DNA from: a virus
Direction: 5' to 3' (one strand)
IMG/VR virus record: IMGVR_UViG_3300042534_000747
Length of the DNA: 64,000 nucleotides
Shown one piece after another: positions 59,361 through 64,000 of this stretch. Each line of letters opens with the position of its first letter. Position 1 is the stretch's first letter. The notes beneath the pieces were generated by a model. That model saw nothing but the letters and a program-made list of their open reading frames with translations, had not been told where the DNA came from and did not search any database. Position numbers and translations under genes: made by a program.

Positions 59361-60566
59361 TCAACAAGAAATAGGTGCTGAATTTTTGATATTGATTGCT
59401 GCATTAATATCTCTATCATGAGTTGTATTACATGATGTGCATGTCCATTCTCTGATATTTAATCCCATTTTAGCAGTTTTTGTCCCACATACATTACAGA
59501 TGTGAGATGTTGCTTTCCATTGGTCTACTTCAATGACTGTTTTGCCTTCATATTCTGCTTTATATCGGAGTTGTCTGAAAAATTCACTCCATGATACATC
59601 TGCAATTGCTTTTGAAAGTTTTGGATTTTGCATCATTCCTTTTATGTTGAGGGTTTCAATTGCAATACAGTCATAGTTAGTTACTAATTCTTTTGAAATG
59701 TTGTGTTGGAAATCAGAACGTTGATTTGCAATTTTCTCATGGCAAGATGCAATAATTTTATTTTGTTTATGCCAATTATTTGAAAATTTTTGTTTTCTTG
59801 ATGCTCTACGTTGTAGTTTTGCAAGTTTCTTTTGTGAGGAAACAAAATATCTATTATTATCTATTTTTTTGCCATCTGAAAGAATTGCAAAATGAGTTAA
59901 TCCCATATCAATACCTATTGTGGTAGAATCGTTGTAGGGTATTTTTGGCATTTCAGGTAATCCATCTTCTACAAGAATTGAAATATAATATTTTCCTGAA
60001 GATGTTTTTGAAATTGTAGATGTTTTAATTAAATATTGGTCTGAAATTTTGAAGGTTTCACCATTATCATATGAAATCCAACATTTATTTTTAGATTGTT
60101 TAATTACATCAAAATTAGAATTTTCAAATTTTCTATGTAATCTACATTCAATTAGAGTTTTTAATTTTGGAATATTTATATATCCAGTTTTGAAGTTAAT
60201 TGAATAATTTTGATAAAATTGAAATGAATTACCTGATTTTTTATTTTTAAATTGAGGATATCCTACATCTATACCCTTTTTTTGCCCTCTAAAGAAATTT
60301 TTATATGCTGTATCAAGGTTACGCAATGTATATATTAAGCTTCCTGAACTAGCTTCTGAAATAAAAGGGTATTGTTCTTTCCATACACTGCTAATTAAAT
60401 CTTGACAATCTGATGGAAACATTGATTGATGTGCATTTTGATACATGAATGAACATGTATGCAATGATTTATTCCAAATGAATCTACAACAATCAAAATT
60501 TATTTTGAAAAATTCCTTCTGTTCTTCAGTTGGATAAATTCTATATTTATATGCTTTTAGTACCAT
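59361..60566 (-). CDS. tnpB: TnpB-family RNA-guided endonuclease, CRISPR-associated (Cas12f/V-U-like candidate)
   Basis: KAYKYRIYPTEEQ N-terminus; RuvC-I IGIDMG; RuvC-II IAIETL; CNVC...CTSC Zn finger; RuvC-III DRDINAAINI; no tnpA nearby. Confidence 0.9.
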   Translation of the reverse strand: MVLKAYKYRIYPTEEQKEFFKINFDCCRFIWNKSLHTCSFMYQNAHQSMFPSDCQDLISSVWKEQYPFISEASSGSLIYTLRNLDTAYKNFFRGQKKGIDVGYPQFKNKKSGNSFQFYQNYSINFKTGYINIPKLKTLIECRLHRKFENSNFDVIKQSKNKCWISYDNGETFKISDQYLIKTSTISKTSSGKYYISILVEDGLPEMPKIPYNDSTTIGIDMGLTHFAILSDGKKIDNNRYFVSSQKKLAKLQRRASRKQKFSNNWHKQNKIIASCHEKIANQRSDFQHNISKELVTNYDCIAIETLNIKGMMQNPKLSKAIADVSWSEFFRQLRYKAEYEGKTVIEVDQWKATSHICNVCGTKTAKMGLNIREWTCTSCNTTHDRDINAAINIKNSAPISC

Positions 60567-60596
60567 ATTTTAACCTGTGAATGTTATAGGTCAATT

Positions 60597-60623
60597 AATG
60601 GTTGTTCTAATATTTAAATGTTT
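60597..60623 (-). promoter_or_regulatory. element-type promoter of tnpB
   Basis: aatggttgttct-aa-tatttaaatgtttg; the aatggttgttct motif also precedes TATA boxes at 6514 and 34228. Confidence 0.6.
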
Positions 60624-60686
60624 GTTAAAAAAGAAAAAAAGAAAATTGAGTAACAAATGGATTATTATGGTATTGCAACCAATAAC

Positions 60687-60965
60687 TTACTGTAAATTTT
60701 CCCAATTATTTAATAATTCCTTTGCTTTTTTATCATTTGTAGTTCTTACAAAATCTAAAACTTCACTTAAATAAGGTTGTGTTCCATTATATATAATGAA
60801 ATAATGTACTCTTCTATCAATACGATTTATTTTTTCCATTTTGGTATAATATCTCAAAACATGAATTTTTCCTTTAAATGTTTTAAAATATTCTTTCATC
60901 ATAGAACCATTTGACATTACAGCACTTAATTGAGTTTGTTTTGATTTAACCATATTTTCATACAT
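60687..60965 (-). CDS. hypothetical protein
   Basis: 92-aa ORF. Confidence 0.5.
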   Translation of the reverse strand: MYENMVKSKQTQLSAVMSNGSMMKEYFKTFKGKIHVLRYYTKMEKINRIDRRVHYFIIYNGTQPYLSEVLDFVRTTNDKKAKELLNNWENLQ

Positions 60966-61012
60966 GTATATATAAATAATATTACTATATATAAAGATTT
61001 TTAGAATCTGTA

Positions 61013-61267
61013 TTAATTAATTTTTTCTACGGATTCAGGTTCGTAATCAATGTTTGTGAGTTTGGCAAAATTATTGGATAAATTGGCAAAACCATCTAAA
61101 TTTGATAGATTGCAACCTCTGAGCATATTGTAAGAGATATGTTCAGCTATTTCTTCAGGTGTTTCTAAATTGTAGAAGGTATTTTTCCAATCTTCATCTA
61201 TTTGTTCAAATACTTCAGGGGAAATTTCAAGGTCTGCTGTTATCATAAATTCAATTTTAAATTTCAT
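61013..61267 (-). CDS. hypothetical acidic protein
   Basis: 84-aa ORF. Confidence 0.6.
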   Translation of the reverse strand: MKFKIEFMITADLEISPEVFEQIDEDWKNTFYNLETPEEIAEHISYNMLRGCNLSNLDGFANLSNNFAKLTNIDYEPESVEKIN

Positions 61268-61480
61268 TTAATATTCTACTCCTTTTAGTAAAAATGTTTT
61301 TTTGCAATTAGGGCATTCAATTTCAGAATTTTCTATTTCGTTCCATTTGTTGTTAAAAATGCAATATGAAAAGAATCCTTCAGTATCAAAATCTTCATCT
61401 TTTGCTAAATCAATATCATGTTTACAATTTGGACATTCTACATCTAATGACCAATATAAAGTTGCAGTTGCTTTTTTCAT
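61268..61480 (-). CDS. Zn-ribbon protein
   Basis: CPNC twice. Confidence 0.65.
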   Translation of the reverse strand: MKKATATLYWSLDVECPNCKHDIDLAKDEDFDTEGFFSYCIFNNKWNEIENSEIECPNCKKTFLLKGVEY

Positions 61481-61482
61481 AA

Positions 61483-61668
61483 TTATCTGTAATTCAAATT
61501 ATGGATTTCTTTTAGAAGTTTGTCATTTATGGCAGTTGTAATGTCAAAAATATTAAATATTTCTTTTCCATCTACCATTACTACGCCATCATAGCATACT
61601 ACTACATCAATATCGCCTGATACAGTAGTTGAATAAAAAGAAGTTTCACCATCTATCATATTAATCAC
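61483..61668 (-). CDS. hypothetical protein
   Basis: 61-aa ORF. Confidence 0.5.
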   Translation of the reverse strand: MINMIDGETSFYSTTVSGDIDVVVCYDGVVMVDGKEIFNIFDITTAINDKLLKEIHNLNYR

Positions 61669-61957
61669 ATTTTTTCATTTTTTCAAATTCTGCCATTTTT
61701 TCAATATTTTTACAAAGATAATGATTGCAATTAAAGCATTCTGGTAATGAATCTATTGGTTGTGAGCAATGTCCACAAATAGGAATATTCCATTTATCTG
61801 AACATGCCATTTTTGACATTAGATTATAATCTATTGTTTGTACGTCTGATAACATTGTGGTTACAGCAGGGCATTTTTCATATCCTAAATCAAGTTTCTT
61901 TTTTGAGCATTGACCATTTTTTTTGAGGTTAGAGCATATTTTCAACATAATAATCAT
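61661..61957 (-). CDS. Cys-rich Zn-binding protein
   Basis: CGHC...CFNC...C. Confidence 0.6.
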   Translation of the reverse strand: MIIMLKICSNLKKNGQCSKKKLDLGYEKCPAVTTMLSDVQTIDYNLMSKMACSDKWNIPICGHCSQPIDSLPECFNCNHYLCKNIEKMAEFEKMKKCD

Positions 61958-62059
61958 TCAATGAATGGTTATTATTATATTTAAATGTAATTGATAATAT
62001 AGGCAATTAGTAATTAAAAAAGCAAATGTTTTTATAATATCAATACATTATTATGAATA

Positions 62060-62560
62060 ATGGATAATGAATTATTAATGTTTGATGAAATTTTAACAGA
62101 AAAAATAAAGGAATATCATGTTTCTGTTGTATGGAATGAAGTAGAAATAACATTAGATGATGTTAGAAAAGCTATTGAAAATAATATTTCAGTAATAGAT
62201 AATGAATCTTATAGTAATTGTGGATATATTTTTAAACCTGATGAATGGCATATTGGGAGAATTATTTATTTTGTGAATAATCCAAATGAAATTGACCCAA
62301 TTTGTTTAGATAATAAGTGTGCTAATAACGATATATTACCAATTCCAATTATAACAGATGGAAATCATAGATATATGGCATCTTTATATTTAAATAAAAA
62401 ATATATAGAATGTTTTTATGCCGGAAGATTAGATGTTTTAAATTATTTAAAAGGGAATATAGAAAATCCACCAATGAATGGAAAAAAAGAAAAAGAAGGG
62501 ATTATTCAGTTAATTTTTTTGCATTTTTTGTCTTTGCTAAACTTTTTTCATTCTAAATAA
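62060..62560 (+). CDS. ParB/Srx-like N-terminal domain protein
   Basis: DPICL...IITDGNHRYMA. Confidence 0.65.
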   Translation: MDNELLMFDEILTEKIKEYHVSVVWNEVEITLDDVRKAIENNISVIDNESYSNCGYIFKPDEWHIGRIIYFVNNPNEIDPICLDNKCANNDILPIPIITDGNHRYMASLYLNKKYIECFYAGRLDVLNYLKGNIENPPMNGKKEKEGIIQLIFLHFLSLLNFFHSK

Positions 62561-62929
62561 TAAGGAGAAGATTTTCCAGTCAAATTATTTAAATCATTAA
62601 TTTTTATAAATTTAATTGCATCATCCCATTTATTAAATGTAACTGGTTGTGCTTCTTTATAAATTTTATATGTTCCTATACATGCAACTATATTACCTCG
62701 AACATCTCTTTTTAACCATACATTTTTATTTGCAAATCCTAGATATTTTGATACTTTCCAAATTGTATCAAGTCTAATACCTTCTCCACCAACTATTCTT
62801 GCAACTTCTTGTTCATTTGTTTTTTTATTTATAATTGCACCATTATAATATCCATCTTTAAGATGTATATATTTATCATTTTCAGAATATACATATATAC
62901 CTTTATAATAGCCATTTGTATCTTGCCAT
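62548..62929 (-). pseudogene. 127-codon open frame whose SD-linked ATG is 1 nt out of frame
   Basis: GAGGA SD plus ATG at 62929. Span is 382 nt (3n+1); removing one A gives MADTNGYYKG...SPYYLE. Confidence 0.55.
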
Positions 62930-62931
62930 AA

Positions 62932-63144
62932 TTATTTCCTCAATATTTTATATGTATGTATCATTGAAAATTTAGATTTTTGTTTATTTGGATATTTCCA
63001 TGAATCTGCTTGTTTTTCTGTAATAAGTCCTTTTTCTTCTAATTCATAAACGAATGTTAACCATCGTGTTTGATTAACTTCAATGTAAAGACTTGTTTTT
63101 GGATTTAATTTAAAAAATTGTTCTTCAGCATCTTTTTTATTCAT
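62932..63144 (-). CDS. small protein, paralog of 53337..53531
   Basis: Same shared motif as 53337..53531. Confidence 0.7.
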   Translation of the reverse strand: MNKKDAEEQFFKLNPKTSLYIEVNQTRWLTFVYELEEKGLITEKQADSWKYPNKQKSKFSMIHTYKILRK

Positions 63145-63148
63145 AATA

Positions 63149-63565
63149 TCACATTTTATTATTCTTTAAGAATTTTACTCTTGCTTTTGCTTTGCCTAAT
63201 TTTTCATAATCTGTAATAGAAATTGATTTATAATAATCTTTATGTGTTCTATTTATTAGTGTCCACATACTAAGAACTTTACCTGATGATTGTTTTCTTT
63301 CACCATATTTCCATCGTTCATTAAAATTGTTTTCAAGTGGTATATCAATTGTTTCAAATGGATGAAACTCATAATCACCACGTTCTAATTTACGATAAAA
63401 TTCTTCTCTACGTGATAATTCATATACTTTATCATTTCTTATTTTAAATATGAATTCTTTTGCATCTTTTAATTTATCAAAGCTTGCACCATCAAATCTA
63501 TGACTATAATTTACACCATAACTAACAAAATATGTTATTACTTTTTTATCTGTCATTATTTTCAA
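63149..63565 (-). CDS. hypothetical basic protein
   Basis: 138-aa ORF. Confidence 0.6.
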   Translation of the reverse strand: MKIMTDKKVITYFVSYGVNYSHRFDGASFDKLKDAKEFIFKIRNDKVYELSRREEFYRKLERGDYEFHPFETIDIPLENNFNERWKYGERKQSSGKVLSMWTLINRTHKDYYKSISITDYEKLGKAKARVKFLKNNKM

Positions 63566-63568
63566 CTT

Positions 63569-63748
63569 CTATAAAACCCATAAATCAACTGTTGTTTCAG
63601 ATAAAGAACCATCATTTCTAACTGAAGGAAACGTTCTAACTGAATAATATTTATTTTTTAGTTCATCTTTCAATTCTTTAGCTAGTTTTCCTCTTTTAGC
63701 TGTACCCATTAATGTATAATTATTTCCATTTATTTTCTTATATACCAT
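63569..63748 (-). CDS. 59-aa member of the small basic KK..G..Y.L family (not in the ORF track)
   Basis: MVYKKINGNNYTLMGTAKRGKLAKELKDELKNKYYSVRTF...; sits below the shared junction repeat. Confidence 0.55.
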   Translation of the reverse strand: MVYKKINGNNYTLMGTAKRGKLAKELKDELKNKYYSVRTFPSVRNDGSLSETTVDLWVL

Positions 63749-63791
63749 TATTTTTATCCTATATTTTAAGATAAAAATAAATTGTTTTAAG

Positions 63792-63833
63792 AGTATATAA
63801 AGTTTTTTAGAATTAGTGGGAGTTAAAAAAGAA
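63792..63833. repeat. conserved terminator/promoter junction, copy 3
   Basis: agtatataaagttttttagaattagtgggagttaaaaaagaa. Confidence 0.85.
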
Positions 63834-63834
63834 T

Positions 63835-63999
63835 TTATTTTCTAATGATTATTTCAATTATGGTGTTTTTATCAATTTTTGAAAGAATTTCTTTGCCTAC
63901 TTGCAAACGCCCATATTTACGCTGATTGTCTGTTATATCATTTGGATAAATTGTTTTTCTGATTATTATTTCAGATTCATCAAAAACTAATTGTGGCAT
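63835..63999 (-). CDS. 54-aa protein, possibly DUF2080/AbrB-like (may extend beyond the window)
   Basis: MPQLVFDESEIIIRKTIYP...GRLQVGKE...IEIIIRK. Confidence 0.4.
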   Translation of the reverse strand: MPQLVFDESEIIIRKTIYPNDITDNQRKYGRLQVGKEILSKIDKNTIIEIIIRK

Positions 64000-64000
64000 G

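Noticed and set aside
59361-60700. Active IS200/IS605 transposon
   Set aside because: No tnpA (Y1 or serine recombinase), no recognisable left end; the gene uses the element's own promoter class. A non-autonomous remnant cannot be fully excluded.
27343-63833. Dispersed junction repeats as a CRISPR array or att sites
   Set aside because: Not regularly spaced, they coincide with TATA/terminator elements, and no integrase is present in the window.
1-64000. Alternative genetic code (stop-codon reassignment)
   Set aside because: Long conserved genes translate intact with the standard code; the few broken genes are frameshifts, not in-frame stops.

Overview
Very AT-rich (roughly 25% GC by eye), gene-dense 64 kb segment made mostly of short, single-gene cassettes. 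It most likely comes from a large archaeal virus or extrachromosomal element. Supporting signs are TTTA(T/A)ATA TATA boxes, GGTGA-type Shine-Dalgarno sites, oligo-T terminators, a tRNA-Gln with the archaeal A1-U72 pair and a Methanosarcinales-style beta-helix surface protein. No capsid, terminase, ribosomal or cas1/cas2 genes are recognisable in the window. The standout is a compact TnpB-plus-CRISPR locus on the minus strand at 58770-60620. It has an intact 401-aa TnpB-family RuvC nuclease with no tnpA, and a separately promoted ~150-nt omegaRNA-like leader/tracr candidate. It also has five 37-bp repeats that each fold into a hairpin, separated by unique spacers of 38, 36, 20 and 38 bp. This looks like a nascent Cas12f-like type V system. 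Other content: an RNA/tRNA repair suite (Pnk-phosphatase-ligase fusion, class II CCA enzyme, Pth2, RlaP-like nucleotidyltransferase, and a DUF2828/TROVE-like protein with a duplicated leader RNA motif), a hyaluronan-synthase-like GT2, a GHKL ATPase with an HExxH motif, an ART-fold protein, a HerA/FtsK-like ATPase, a UvrD helicase, dCMP deaminase and MazG. There are also several paralogous small-protein families, repeated promoter/junction motifs and four small genes broken by single-base frameshifts. All family calls are by motif recognition only; no database searches were run.
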